Made by a program: the position numbers and the translations under genes. DNA of 64,000 nucleotides, from positions 192,001 to 256,000 of the forward strand of contig CAWHCF010000036.1 in assembly GCA_963827655.1 (NCBI GenBank), written 5' to 3'. This DNA is from an uncultured Acidobacteriota bacterium. Lineage in GTDB: Bacteria > Acidobacteriota > UBA6911. The notes below the pieces were generated by a model, which was given only the letters and a program-made list of their open reading frames with translations, searched no databases and was not told where the DNA came from. This document shows positions 13,825-25,636 of this stretch, one piece after another (position 1 is the stretch's first letter; every line of letters starts with the position of its first letter).

Positions 13825-16800
13825 ATGACTTGGCTCTCGGAGAAACGTCGAATATACCTCATTTGTCGCACTGCTGCTGGTGCTTGGCAGCGCCGCAACT
13901 CCTTCGATCCACGCAGCCGACGTTACCAACGCCAGTCTGGAACGCAAATTCGCTCAGACCGTGCGGCCCTTTCTGACGCGCTATTGCATCGGATGCCATG
14001 GCGGCGCCGCGCCAGCCGCCCAGTTCGATCTGCGGCCTTATACCACGATGGCGTCCGTCATCCAGGACTATCCTCACTGGACCCTGGTGCTCGAAAGACT
14101 GACCGCCAGGGAGATGCCGCCGAAGGTGGCGCCTCAGCCGCCCGCAGATGCCCGCCAGCAGGTGATCGACTGGGTCATGGCCGTTCGCATGAACGAGGCG
14201 CGAAGGAATGCAGGCGATCCCGGGCCGGTGCTGGTGCGCCGCCTGAGCAACGCCGAGTACAACAACACCATCCGCGACCTTACCGGCGTGGACATGCGTC
14301 CCACGCGGGAGTTTCCCGTCGATCCCGCCAATACTGCCGGCTTCGACAACTCCGGCGAGTCGCTATCCATGTCGCCCGCCTTGCTCAACAAGTACCTGCA
14401 GGCCGCGCGCGAAGTGGGCGATCACATGGTCCTCAAGCCCGATGGATTCGATTTCTGCGCCGCATCCGATGCTCGTCGAGACGGATCGCGAGAAGTACGC
14501 CATCAAACGGATCGTGGATTTCTATGAACGCCAGCCTACCGACTATGCCGATTACTTTCAGGCGGCGTGGCGCTTCAAGCATCGGTCGGCTCTCGGGAAG
14601 CCGAAGCGCCACGCTGGCCGACATCGCGGCGGAGGCGAAGGTGAGCGCGAAGTATCTGCCCATGGTCTGGCAGATCCTCGAGGAATCACCGGACGGCGGA
14701 CAGAAAGAGGTTGGCCCGATCGCCAAACTCCAGGCCATGTGGCGCGCTCTGCCGGCGCCGGACGCGAACCAACCGGATCTGCTGCGCGCGAAATGTGTCG
14801 AGATGCGCGACTTCGTGGTCAGGATCCGGAAGCACACGGCGATGGAATTTGCCGCCCCGGTGGTGAAGGGATTGAGCGCCTACTCGCAGCCCCTGATCAA
14901 CTGGAAGTATCCGCCAGTTCAACTCGCACCGCAGGGATTTTGACCGCAACGCTCTGCGGATGGAGAGCGACCCGCCTCCCGTGGTGCCCGAAATCCCGAA
15001 ATATCCCGGGCTCGGACAGGAATCGGCGGTCCGGGCCGCGGCGCTGATGAAGAAAGCCCGGGCCGGCGACACCGATCTCGTGGTTCCAGACGGCGAGCGG
15101 GCCCGCTACGAGGCCTCCTTCGCGCGCTTCAGCTCGGTTTTCCCGGACGCATTCTATATTCGTGAGCGCGGCCGCTTTTTCCCCGACGATTCCGAGGACA
15201 AGGGGCGTCTTCTGAGCGCCGGCTACCACAACGTGATGGGGTACTGGCGCGACGATACCCCGCTCGTCGAACTGATCCTCGACGACAAGGGAAAGAAGGA
15301 GCTGGACAGGCTCTGGGATGAGTTCGACTTCATCGCCGATCACACGGCGCGCACGTGGGTTCAGTATTTCTTCAATCAGAGCGGCGAGGTTGCCGGGACG
15401 GGCCGCGAGTCCGGCACGGCCCGGCCGTCGGACAAAGAAGTCAGTCGCCTCGGCGATCATCTTCGCCCTGCGGGACGCCTACGTCGCCAAGGCCGAAGCG
15501 AGCAATAATCCCGTCGCCGTGGAGGCGATGCGCGTACCACTTCCAGTGGGATGAACGACACGCTCCGGCGCGTGGAGCGGATGCGCGTCGGAAGCGGAGC
15601 CGCACCACCTGAAGGCTCTGGTCAAGTTCGCGGCGCGGGCCTACCGCCGGCCGCTCGCGCCGGCGGAGCGCGACGACATGCTGGCTTACTACCATTCCCT
15701 GCGAAGCAAGAGCGGCTTGACGCACGAAGAGGCGATGCGCGACTCGATCGTCAGGGTGCTCATGTCGCCCAAATTCTCGTTACCGCATCGATCTGGTGGA
15801 AGCCGCGAAAAGCGAGCGCGGCGACAGCGGCGGCCAAGACCGCGAAGGCCGCGGCGCCAAGCGTATCCGGTACAGCCCCTGACTGCCTACGCCCTTGCCA
15901 GCAGGTTGAGTTATTTCCTTTGGTCGAGCATGCCTGACGAGGAATTGCTGGCCCGCGCCGCGGGCGGCGATTTGCAAAAGCCGGATGTGCTCGCCGCGCA
16001 GGCCCGCCGCATGCTGAAGGATCGACCGCGCGCGCGGCCTGGCGATTGAGTTTGCGGGCAACTGGCTCGATTTCCGCCGCTTTGAAGAACACAACGCGGT
16101 CGATCGCGAGCGCTTCCCAAGCTTCAATAATGAACTGCGCGAAGCCATGTTCCAGGAGCCGGTCCGGTTTATCGAGGACGTGATCCGCAACGACCGTTCC
16201 GTCCTCGATCTGCTGTACGCCAACCACACTTTCGTGAATCCGGTGCTGGCGAAGCATTACGGCATGCCCGAGGTTGCGGGCGATGCGGACCAATGGATCC
16301 GGGTGGACGATGCGCGCCAGTACGGACGCGGCGGTTTGCTCCCCATGGCCGTATTCCTGACGCAGAACGCGCCCGGCCTGCGGACCAGTCCGGTGAAGCG
16401 AGGATACTGGGTGGTGCGCCGCGTGCTCGGCGAGACCATCCCGCCGCCGCCTGCCACCGTGCCCGAACTGCCCCTCGGATGAAGCGAAGTTGGATCATGC
16501 CGCTGCGGGAAATGCTGGCCAAACACCGGGAAAACCCGAGCTGCGCCTCGTGTCATGCGCGCTTTGATTCCTTCGGGCTGGTGTTCGAAGGCTACGGGCC
16601 CATCGGCGAGCGGCGTTCCAAGGACCTCGCCGGACGGCCGGTCGAGACCCAGGCCGTTTTTCCCGGCGGCAGTCAGGGCGCCGGACTCGAGGGCCTGCAA
16701 GACTACATCCGCGCGCATCGCCAGAAAGACTTCCTTGACAATCTCAGCCGTAAATTGCTAGCATACGCGCTGGGCGGTCGCTTCAGCTCTCCGACGAACC

Positions 16801-16941
16801 CGCCATCGAGATGATGCAAAGCGCAGCTGACCGCGAATGGTTATCGCTTCAGTTCCCTGGTGGAGACAATCGTCACGCAGTCCGCAGTTCCTCAACAGAC
16901 GAAGCCCGGATTTTTCGAGGGCAGAGAGGGCAGAAAGGTGA
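13825..16941 (+). CDS. Planctomycete-type cytochrome c / PSD-domain protein (DUF1587/1595/1592/1588/1585), many frameshifts
   Basis: CIGCHG heme motif, RRLSNAEYNNTIRDL, LASRLSYFLWSSMPD, RTSPVKRGYWV, CASCH; pieces in alternating frames. Confidence 0.82.
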
Positions 16942-16946
16942 ATAAG

Positions 16947-18281
16947 ATGCGCGATCGAAAGACGAATGCGGCCCGCCGCATTCTCCCGCCGCGCGGTTCT
17001 TCGCGGCGCCGGAGTCACCATGGCCTTGCCGTGGCTCGAATCATTTCCCAGCTTCGCCGGCGTCACTTCCGCACCCGTCTTTCCCGAAGCGTTTCGCGGT
17101 TCTGTTCATGGGGAATGGAGTGAACGAGGATCACTGGGACGCCCAGGGTTCCGGGAGCCGACATGAATCTCAGCAAGACCTGGCGCCGCTCGAGCCGCTG
17201 AAGCACAAGATCAACGTGATTCACGGTCTTTTCCACAAGCGATCCACCGGTCTGGGCATTCATCCGGCGCAGACGGGAGGTCTGCTCTCGGGCGCGAACA
17301 TTCAGAAGGGCGCCATCATCAAGGCCGGCGTCACGGTGGATCAGGTGATCGCCCAGCGCATCGGGCAGGATACGGCGCAGTCCAGCATCGTTCTGGCTTG
17401 CGAGCAGCCGATGACCGGATACCACGAGACGAACTACTCGATGGCCTACAGCTCGCACATCTCCTGGCAGACTCCGGACTCGCCGGTCCCGAATGAAGTC
17501 TATCCCTCGCTGGCCTGGGACAACCTTTTCGAAAACCGCGGCAGCCTGCGCAACATGAGCATTCTCGACCGCGTGAAGGATGACGCCGAAACGCTGAGCG
17601 GGGCGATCAGCTCCGACGACAAAGCCAAGCTGGATGAGTATCTGACCAGCGTGCGCGAGGTGGAGAAGCGCGTCGAGGGCATGCGGAAGAACAAAGACAA
17701 GGCGAGAGGAACTGGCGAAGCAGAAGAACCGTCCCGTCTTTACCATGGACCGGCCGGCGAACGGCTTGCCGGAAGACCTTCGGGAACACGCGCGTCTGAT
17801 GTGCGACATCATTGCGATCGCTTTCCAGACGGACAAGACTCGTGTGGCGACGCTGCTGCTCGCTCGGGATCTTTCCGCGATGTACTATCCGTTCCTGGAA
17901 GTCCGCGAGGGACACCATTCCGCGTCGCACTACAACAACTCCGACGGCTACGAACGCATCACGCGTTTCCACCTGGGCCAGCTCGCTTATCTGGCCGCCA
18001 AGCTGGACAGCATGCCGGAGGGCAACGGCACTGTGCTGGACAACTCGTGCCTGATGTGGCTTTCGAACATGTGGATCGGCCGGAAGCACGACAACACGAG
18101 ATTGCCCCTCGTGCTCGCCGGAGGGCTGGGCGGCACGCTGCAAACCGGACGCACGCTGGACTACGTGCAGGCCGGCGACGAGAATCGGAAGATGTGCAGC
18201 CTGTACCTCTCGATCATGGATCGGATGGGAGTGAAGCTGGAAAGCTTCGGTGACGCCGAGACCCGCCTCGAACGCCTGTAG
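16947..18281 (+). CDS. DUF1552 (HxxSH-motif) protein, frameshifted
   Basis: SRRAVLRGAGVTMALPWLES leader, TVDQVIAQ, GHHSASHY, EGNGTVLDNS, LPLVLAGGLGG; usual partner of PSD proteins. Confidence 0.85.
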
Positions 18282-18342
18282 GATCAGGCTGTCCCCGCCA
18301 GTCCTGTGTGAGAAAATTCAGTGAACGCTCCTCCCCGACACT

Positions 18343-18478
18343 TTCCGAAGCCTTATGTGGCGACGGGGTCATCAGACCCGTCGCAAGTAAGGTGATCGGG
18401 AGGATTTAGCCTTAAAAAGTTCTTTCGTGCCACGAGCAGGCCGGACGGGCTTAATAGCACCATCCGCACATGTATCGG
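18343..18478. repeat. REP-doublet (REPIN-like) element, copy 1; intron-free version of the intron target
   Basis: TGTGG-CGACGGG..CCCGTCG hairpin, CCTTAAAAAGTTC spacer, GGACGGGCTTAATAGCACCATCCGCACATGTATCGG; aligns by eye with 47835-47847+48618-48737 and with 40547-40617. Confidence 0.8.
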
Positions 18479-18507
18479 ATCTCCACATCTCGCAAGTCGA
18501 CTGACGC

Positions 18508-19821
18508 CTAGGAGCGCGCCAGGTCGGCCCAGACCTGGCCGCGCGGGAACTCGTACGCGTCGAGCGATTCAGGCCGCATTGCGATGCTGTAGCCGGGCCG
18601 CGTCGGCGGCATGTAGCGCGCGTTACGGATTACCACCGGATCGACGAAGTGCTCGTGAAGGTGCTCGACATACTCCGCGACGCGGTCCTCGAGCGAGGCC
18701 GAGACGTATATGTAGTCGATGAGCGAGAGATGCTGCACGTGTTCGGGAAGGCCGACACCGCCCGCGTGCGGGCACACCGGCACACCGAACTTTGCGGCCA
18801 TCAGCAGCACCGCCAGAACCTCATTCACACCGCCGAGCCGGCAGCTATCGATCTGGCAGAAACGCAGGGCATTCGCCTGGAGGAACTGCTTGAACAGGAC
18901 CCGGTTCTGACAAACTTCGCCCGTGGCGACTCCGATCGGAGCCAGCGCGCGGGCGATGGCGGCGTGCCCTAGGACGTCGTCCGCACACGTCGGCTCTTCG
19001 ATCCACCAGGGGTTGAACGGCCGAAGCCGGTTCACCCACTCGACGGCCTCGCCGACTTCCCACTTCTGGTTGGCGTCGATCATGAGCCTGCGATCCGACC
19101 CGATCTCTTCGCGGACGATGGCGAGGCGGCGAAGGTCATCTTCCAGATTGCCCCCAACCTTCACCTTGAAGGCGCTCCATCCCGCGGCGACCGCCTCCCG
19201 GCACAACCGGCGAACCTGGTCGTCCGGGTAGCCCAGCCAGCCAACCGAAGTCGTGTAGGCGGGATAGCCGTCACGCAACATTTCGGACTCGCGCACGGCG
19301 CGTGTCGACGCGTTGCGGCGGAGGATATCGAGCGCCTCCTCCGGCGTCAGAGCGTCGGTGATGTACCGGAAGTCGACGCACGACACGACGCGCTCAGGGG
19401 TCATGTCGACGACCAGCTTCCACAGCGGCTTCCCTTCCGCCTTGGCGTAGAGGTCCCACACGGCGTTGACCACTGCGGCGGTCGCCATATGGATCGCACC
19501 CTTCTCGGGACCGATCCAGCGCAACTGACCGTCCGACGTCAGGCTCCTCCAGAACGGAACCATCTCTCCGGTGATTGACTCCAAGGTCCTTCCGACCACA
19601 AGCGGCTCAAAGGCGCGGATCGCAGCGACACAAACCTCGTTCCCGCGGCCGGCTGTAAAGGTGAGACCGTGTCCCGCAAGCCCAGCGGCGCTGTCGGTCT
19701 CCAGGACGACGTAGGCGGCCGAGTAGTCGGGAGCGGCGTGCAAGGCGTCGGATCCCGCGTGCGTCCGGGAGGTGGGAAAGCGGATATCACGAGCAACGAG
19801 TCCGGTAATCTTGATGGGCAT
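18508..19821 (-). CDS. fucD: L-fuconate dehydratase (enolase superfamily)
   Basis: DIRFPTS...GSDA...PDYSAAY, LRWIGPEKG, YPAYTTSVGWLGY, KVKVG, WIEEPT, PVCPHAGGVGL; co-oriented with a GH29 fucosidase. Confidence 0.92.
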   Translation of the reverse strand: MPIKITGLVARDIRFPTSRTHAGSDALHAAPDYSAAYVVLETDSAAGLAGHGLTFTAGRGNEVCVAAIRAFEPLVVGRTLESITGEMVPFWRSLTSDGQLRWIGPEKGAIHMATAAVVNAVWDLYAKAEGKPLWKLVVDMTPERVVSCVDFRYITDALTPEEALDILRRNASTRAVRESEMLRDGYPAYTTSVGWLGYPDDQVRRLCREAVAAGWSAFKVKVGGNLEDDLRRLAIVREEIGSDRRLMIDANQKWEVGEAVEWVNRLRPFNPWWIEEPTCADDVLGHAAIARALAPIGVATGEVCQNRVLFKQFLQANALRFCQIDSCRLGGVNEVLAVLLMAAKFGVPVCPHAGGVGLPEHVQHLSLIDYIYVSASLEDRVAEYVEHLHEHFVDPVVIRNARYMPPTRPGYSIAMRPESLDAYEFPRGQVWADLARS

Positions 19822-19905
19822 CAGTCTCTCCTGTCCTGCGAAATCCAGGGACAGCCCCCAGTCTCCCCGCCAGGCAGTCGAAAAGACGCGGCACCTTGAG
19901 GGAAA

Positions 19906-21445
19906 TCAGGGGGCTGAGCCCGATTTCCCCCGCAGCCCCGCAGCCGCGGCCATGATCAGCTCTTCGGTAGCCTCGCCGCGCGCGAACTCCCCCACCTGTC
20001 GGCCTTCGCACAACACCAGAATCCGGTCGCACATCACGAGCAACTCGGGCAGCTCGCTCGAGGTCATCACGATCGCCAACCCGCCACGACGGAGATCGTC
20101 GAGGAGGCGGTACAGCTCGGCCTTGGCGCCGACGTCGATGCCGCGCGTGGGATCATCGAGAAGCAGCACGCGGGGCTCGCCGATCAACCAGCGCGCCAGG
20201 ATTGCCTTCTGCTGATTCCCTCCGGAGAGCTCTTCGACCGGCGAGTGGGTGCCTGAAGCCTTGACAGCCAGCCGTTCCATCGCGCCGGAGGCTACTTGCG
20301 TGTCGGTCCGGCGGTCAACCACGCCCAGTCGAGCGTAGCGGCGCAGCATCGCGATCGTGATATTAACTCCAACGGTCAGGTCGGGAAAAAGGGCGAGACG
20401 CTTCCGGTCCTCTGTGACCAGTGCCACATCCGATGCCACCGCATCGAGCCGGGTGCCTGAAGACGACCGGGCGGCCGCCCAGCAGAATACGGCCCGTCGG
20501 CGCAACCGTGCTGGCTCCGAACAGGCATTCAAGCAACTCGGTCCGGCCGGCTCCCATGAGACCGGCGATACCGAGGATCTCACCTCTGCGCAGCTGGAAG
20601 CTGATTCCTTCGAGCCGGCGGGCGCGCCCGCCCTCGGGCGTAGAGAGCGAGAGTCGTTCGACCTGCAAGACGACCTCCCCGGCCGCGCGCTCGCTCTGGA
20701 AGCTCGCCGCGGCGATCTCCCGGCCCACCATGAGTCGGGCGATTTCCGCCGCGTCGGTCGCGTCCCGCTCCAGGCTCGCAACCAGCCGCCCGTCCCGCAA
20801 GACCGAGATGCGGTGGCACAGCCGGAAGATCTCGTCGAGCTTGTGAGAAATATAGAGTACGGTCACGCCGCGGTGACACAGCTCCCCGATAATCGCGTAA
20901 AGGCGCGCGGCTTCGGCCTCCGTGAGCGCGCTCGTCGGCTCGTCCATGATCAGGATCTTGGACTCGAGCGAGATGGCGCGCGCGATCTCGACCAGCTGCT
21001 GATCGCCCGTCCTCAGCTCGCCGACGGCCCGATCCGGTGAGACGGTGCAGCCCAGCTCGGCGAGCACGCCGGCGGCTGACTGTTCCATGGCGGCATTGTC
21101 GATGAGACCGGCACGGGTTCGCAGCTCACGTCCGAGGAAGACGTTCGCCGCCACGGAGAGTTCCTCGACCAGGCTGAGCTCTTGATGGATGACGCTGATG
21201 CCGGCGGCGCGGGCGTCGCGCGGCCCGGCGAAACGAACCGGCTGTCCTTCGAGCAGGACCCGCCCCTCGAAGTCGGTCTCGATTCCCGCCAGGACCTTCA
21301 TCAGAGTGCTTTTTCCGGCGCCGTTCTCACCGCAGATGGCACGGCACTCCCCCCGCTCGACCGCGAGCCGAACGCCCGACAGGGCGACGACGCCCGGAAA
21401 GCGCTTCGTGATATCCTCCATCACGACCAGCGGCGGCGTGTTCAT
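19906..21445 (-). CDS. Sugar ABC transporter ATP-binding protein (RbsA-like), frameshift near 20450
   Basis: GENGAGKST Walker A, IMDEPT, LSGGNQQK, LLDDPTRGIDVGAK. Confidence 0.9.
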
Positions 21446-22677
21446 CGCTCACCCTCTCCTGCCGCCACGCGCTGTGCTTTTCGCCTCCTGTTCTCGATCA
21501 CTTTGACCGCGGCAAGAAGCGCCAGGACTGTGGGCGCCGCAACGTATCCCGCCGCCGGCGCCGCCATGAGAGATGCGAGCAGACCGGCAACCAACGCGAG
21601 GGCCAGGAGCGTCACACTCCCTAGCGCTCCGGCAAACAGCTCACGGCCGCCGGCGCGCGCGCGGCGGAACTGGCTGAACGCGACGGCCGTGACCACGACG
21701 AGCCCGACTACAAGCCCTTCGTACACGTCCGCTCCGGTCTTGATGACTTTGGCAATGCCGTCGATCACCACCCTCAGGAAGAGAGCGCCGAGGACCGTTC
21801 CCGCGACGCTTCCCACCCCTCCCTTCAGGCTGCATCCGCCAACGACGGCTGCCGCAATCGCGTTCAGCTCGTAAGCCCGCCCGAGCGTCTGCGGCTCGGC
21901 GACGCTTTGCTCGGCGATGTAGAGGATGCCCGCGATGGCAGACGTGAGGGCCCCGATCGAATACGCTACCCAGCGGACCTGGTCGGTCCGGATCCCGCTC
22001 AGCCTCGCCGCCGCCTCGTTTCCCCCCAGCGCGTAGATGTGCCGGCCCAGAACGGTCCGGCGCAGCAGGAAAGAGACGACCAGGCTGAGGAGGACGAAGA
22101 CGAGAACCGGAATCCAGACTGAGGTCGCGAGGTAACGAAACGCCTCGTCGTAAATCTGGATCTGGGTGCTCTTGCCTCCAAACTTTGCCGCCGTGACGGC
22201 CTCAGTCACCGCGCGCCCCAGGCTGCGCAAACCGACCAGCGTAGCCAGCGTGGCGACGAAGGGGGGTAATCTGACGACCGAAATCAGCCACGCGTGCAGG
22301 CTTCCAACCAGAAAGCCCGCCGCCACGGTGCCAAGGATGGCAGCGGAAATCACGCCGGTTCCAACCGGAAGCGCTTCCCGCATCTCTCTGGGCGCAAGCA
22401 GCACCATCATCGAGGCGCAGGTGGTCCCGGCAAACGCAATCATCGATCCGACCGACAGGTCGATTCCGCCCGACACGATTACCACGGCCGCGCCCAGTGA
22501 GAATATGCCGAGCAGCGCCGTCTGGCGCGCGATGTCTACGGCGCTCGGCCACGGGTCGTTCCAGTAAGTGTGGTTGGAGTCGAGCAGCGCCGCAACCGCG
22601 ATGACCGCGAGGATCACAAGAATGAGACCTCGTTCGTTGGCTGGCAAGGGGAGCCGCAATCGATGGGGAGAGGTCAT
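21442..22677 (-). CDS. Sugar ABC transporter permease (RbsC-like)
   Basis: GGIDLSVGS, LPPFVATL, GGNEAAARLSGI, YELNAIAAAVVGG. Confidence 0.92.
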   Translation of the reverse strand: MTSPHRLRLPLPANERGLILVILAVIAVAALLDSNHTYWNDPWPSAVDIARQTALLGIFSLGAAVVIVSGGIDLSVGSMIAFAGTTCASMMVLLAPREMREALPVGTGVISAAILGTVAAGFLVGSLHAWLISVVRLPPFVATLATLVGLRSLGRAVTEAVTAAKFGGKSTQIQIYDEAFRYLATSVWIPVLVFVLLSLVVSFLLRRTVLGRHIYALGGNEAAARLSGIRTDQVRWVAYSIGALTSAIAGILYIAEQSVAEPQTLGRAYELNAIAAAVVGGCSLKGGVGSVAGTVLGALFLRVVIDGIAKVIKTGADVYEGLVVGLVVVTAVAFSQFRRARAGGRELFAGALGSVTLLALALVAGLLASLMAAPAAGYVAAPTVLALLAAVKVIENRRRKAQRVAAGEGER

Positions 22678-22689
22678 GATCTGGGTTGA

Positions 22690-23165
22690 GCCACGCGACG
22701 TTTCACGGCCTGGGAGGCTGGTCTCGGCGCGAAGCTGGGGTTCGTCATTGGCACCTCGGCGGTGGCGTGGCGGTGCTAACCCAAGCGACCGAACTCCAGG
22801 GCCGCCTTAGGAGTGCGCAAGCTTGCTTGCGCACTGGACTACGCAGCTTGTGCCGGCCCCACGAATGGCACCAGCCGCGCCCTGTAAGGGCGAAAGCATT
22901 GGCCGAGGGCAAGCTTCGCGCCGGGTCTGGACACATCGCAGCACAGAGAGCTCGTGCCGTTGTCCAGAGCCGAAGGCTCGGCCGTGAATAGCTCCCGCCC
23001 GTTAGGGCGAGGCTTTGCAACGAACCTCGAGGCCGCGTCGTCCACAGGCCGTGCCTCCGAATGTGTCGCACCTTCGAGCGCACACTACCAGAGCGAACTG
23101 AGTTTGCTGAGACAGCCTAAACAGCAGACTTGCTGACCGCGCCCCGAAATGCGCCTGTGAGCGCG
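22690..23165. repeat. Cluster of REP-like palindromes inside the sugar ABC operon
   Basis: GGAGTGCGCAAGCTTGCTTGCGCACT (~22810-22835; related units ~45751-45778 and ~48755-48778). CCAGAGCCGAAGGC...TGTGTCGCACCTTCG (~22963-23077) recurs at ~62004-62114. Confidence 0.7.
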
Positions 23166-23196
23166 CCATGGCGATGGCAGCCGGCCTGGTCGGGAA

Positions 23197-24326
23197 TCAG
23201 GAACCGGTAAGACCACGCTCCTGGAGCCACCGCCTGAACTCCGTCAGAGTCATGAACTGCGTCCGGGCCCCGAACATCTCACGCTTCAGCAATGATTCTC
23301 CATCGGGAACGACGAGCTTCAAGCCGGTGTCGTACAAGTCGCCTCCCGGCTCCGCTTCCTTGGGAAACATCTTTTGAACCTCGCCGCGGTCGCCAGCGAT
23401 CAGCGCCCGCAACAGCCGGACCCCCTGATATCCCATCTCGTAGGGATTCTGGACTACCATGACGTCGATGGCTCCCTGCGCCATCTGGGTGACGGCAATC
23501 GGTTCGGCGTCGAAGGTGGCAATGACGAACTTCTCGCGCCTTTGTTCCTGCCGAACCACGTCAACAATCGCCGGCGCATTGTATGACCAGATTCCTACCA
23601 GCGCCACCAGATCGGGATGGTTGCGGATCGCGTTGCGGACGTTCTCTCGCGCGCGCGTCCGATCGGTGTCGTCCGCCATCCGATCGGCCTCGGTATAAGC
23701 GGCGCCGGCCGCCTCTTTGAAGCCACCCATACGCTCGATTGCGTTGTGCGAGCCGGTGCGGCCGACGAACTGGACGTAGCTGCCGCGCGACCCTCGAGCC
23801 TCGAGCAGGCGCCTGGCGGCGGCGCCAAGCTCGCGGCGGCCGAGAGATTGTCGGTCCCAATGTAGTAGCTGCGCGCGTCACGGAATCTCGAGCGGTCGAC
23901 GTCGGCATCGACGCAGATGACCTGGACCCCTCGCGCTCTCAGCTTTCGCATCTCCTCGGCGACAGCGGCGTTGTCCGCGTCAAGCGCCGAAATCGCAACA
24001 CCGGCAATGTCACGCATGTTCAAAAACTGGCGCAGCCGGTCGATCTGCCCCTGGACGGTGCCATCGTTGACCTCCATGACGACTGAGAGGTTGGCTGCGC
24101 CCAACTTCAAGTCCCGGGCCGCTTCCTGGAGACCGAGTCGACAGGCGTCCCAGAAGGGGGAATTCCCGTTGTTGAGCAGCACGAGTCGTCTTGCGCCGCG
24201 CTCGGACCCGGAGGTCGCTTCCCCCGCCGCGCCGCCCGGCCCGCGCCCTTCCCTAGTTCCGCACGCCGCCGAAATCCAGAGGAGAGCGGCTGCGACCAGC
24301 ACCCTGATGATACTGCCGTGCGCCAT
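23197..24326 (-). CDS. Sugar ABC substrate-binding lipoprotein, frameshifted near 23790-23840
   Basis: Lipobox-like SAAC, SPFW, YYIGTDN, LVGIWSYNAPAI, VVQNPYEMGYQG. Confidence 0.85.
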
Positions 24327-24332
24327 ATCGAC

Positions 24333-25577
24333 CTACCCGGGCCACCCCTCGCGTCGAATCTGCTTCCCCACGGCGCGCAGCGTCCGCACGTCCTCCGGAT
24401 GCACCGAGCCGTCGGGGAGCGGACCAATATTGAGCAGGAGGTTGTAATTGCTGGCGATCGTCGTGGCCAGCGTCTTCCGGACGAAATCGGGACCGCGATG
24501 ATGGCCGTCGTGGCTGCGGTCATAGCCCCACCACGCGTACGGCTTCTCCGGCTGGAGGATGGCGGACACTTCATTGTGCTTGTGGCGGTTCGCCGCCCAA
24601 GCCCGCCGCGCGATCTCGGCCCCTTTCGGATTGATCTTTTCCATGCGCTGCGCGATCCGGTTCTCCTCTCCTTCGACGGTGTGCTCGGGCATCGCGAGGT
24701 CCTCGGTGCCGATAGCCCCCTGCTTGAACGAGATCAGCGCGTGCGGCTGAAGCTTCCGGATCATGGCATACGTCTCCTCGATCGGGAAGAGGTCTGGACG
24801 CGCGTAGTAACCCATGATCGGGTCGAAGGAGACGCCTGCCACTGCACCATAACCGGTCAGGAGCTCTCGGATCTGGCCGTGCGCGTAGTCGAGGTAATGC
24901 CGAAAGTCGGCGTCCTTCTCCCAGCGGTAATGCGGCTCGGGAGTCGCGTACTCAGGCCGCGCAATGTACAGGAACTTCCGCGGGTAAAAGTAAGGATGCC
25001 ACCAGTCGAGCGCATAGGAGTAATAGACAAACAGCCCGAGTTCCTTCTTGCGACACTGCTCGGCCAGCTCTGCCATGAAGTCCCTTCGCGCCGGGCTCCG
25101 GACGCTGCTCCAATCGGACTGTTTCGTGTCCCAGAGCGCAAAGCTGTCGTGATGGCGCGATACGAAGTTGATGTAGCTCGCCTCCGCATCGCGCGCCAGA
25201 TCGGTGATGAAGTCGGCGTCGAACTTGCGGGCCGTGAACTGGTCCTTGAGCTTGCCGTATTCGCTGACCGGGATCTTCTCCATCCACTGGACCCACTCCC
25301 CCCGACCAAGCAGCGAATACAGGCCGTAGTGCACTTGAAATCCGAAACGCGCGTTGCGGAACCACTCGAGTGACGCTGCGCGCGGATCCTGAAGAAACCG
25401 GTTTCTGTGTTTGCCGAGGTGCGCCGGGAGCGCGGTCTGGTTCCGCTCATCGGCGCGGAGCGCAACTGCCGCCCCGAAAGCGAGCCCGCAGAAGCGCCGG
25501 CGCGACCACCCACCGGCCGTACTCGTGCTTGCGGCGCGAGGCCGGCGCGCGCGGGCGTTCGTCACTGGAGTGTCCAT
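24333..25577 (-). CDS. Alpha-L-fucosidase, GH29, Tat leader
   Basis: SRRRFCG leader, WFRNARFGFQVHYGLYS, SRHHDSFALWD, NLLLNIGPLPDG. Confidence 0.9.
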   Translation of the reverse strand: MDTPVTNARARRPRAASTSTAGGWSRRRFCGLAFGAAVALRADERNQTALPAHLGKHRNRFLQDPRAASLEWFRNARFGFQVHYGLYSLLGRGEWVQWMEKIPVSEYGKLKDQFTARKFDADFITDLARDAEASYINFVSRHHDSFALWDTKQSDWSSVRSPARRDFMAELAEQCRKKELGLFVYYSYALDWWHPYFYPRKFLYIARPEYATPEPHYRWEKDADFRHYLDYAHGQIRELLTGYGAVAGVSFDPIMGYYARPDLFPIEETYAMIRKLQPHALISFKQGAIGTEDLAMPEHTVEGEENRIAQRMEKINPKGAEIARRAWAANRHKHNEVSAILQPEKPYAWWGYDRSHDGHHRGPDFVRKTLATTIASNYNLLLNIGPLPDGSVHPEDVRTLRAVGKQIRREGWPG

Positions 25578-25584
25578 GGGTTCC

Positions 25585-25636
25585 CAAATAAGGCAAGGGC
25601 GTGAAGTTGTCAACAAATTTGTGCTATTTGTCGACA
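25585..25636 (-). promoter_or_regulatory. Candidate sigma70 promoter of the fucosidase operon, overlapped by possible FadR/GntR boxes
   Basis: Minus strand TTGACA-17 nt-TATTTG, 7 nt before ATG 25577; near-palindromes TTGTCAACAA and TTGTCGACAC. Confidence 0.45.

Noticed and set aside
13825-17750. Programmed frameshifting or phase variation
   Set aside because: The shifts are numerous and lack consistent slippery motifs; sequencing error is simpler.
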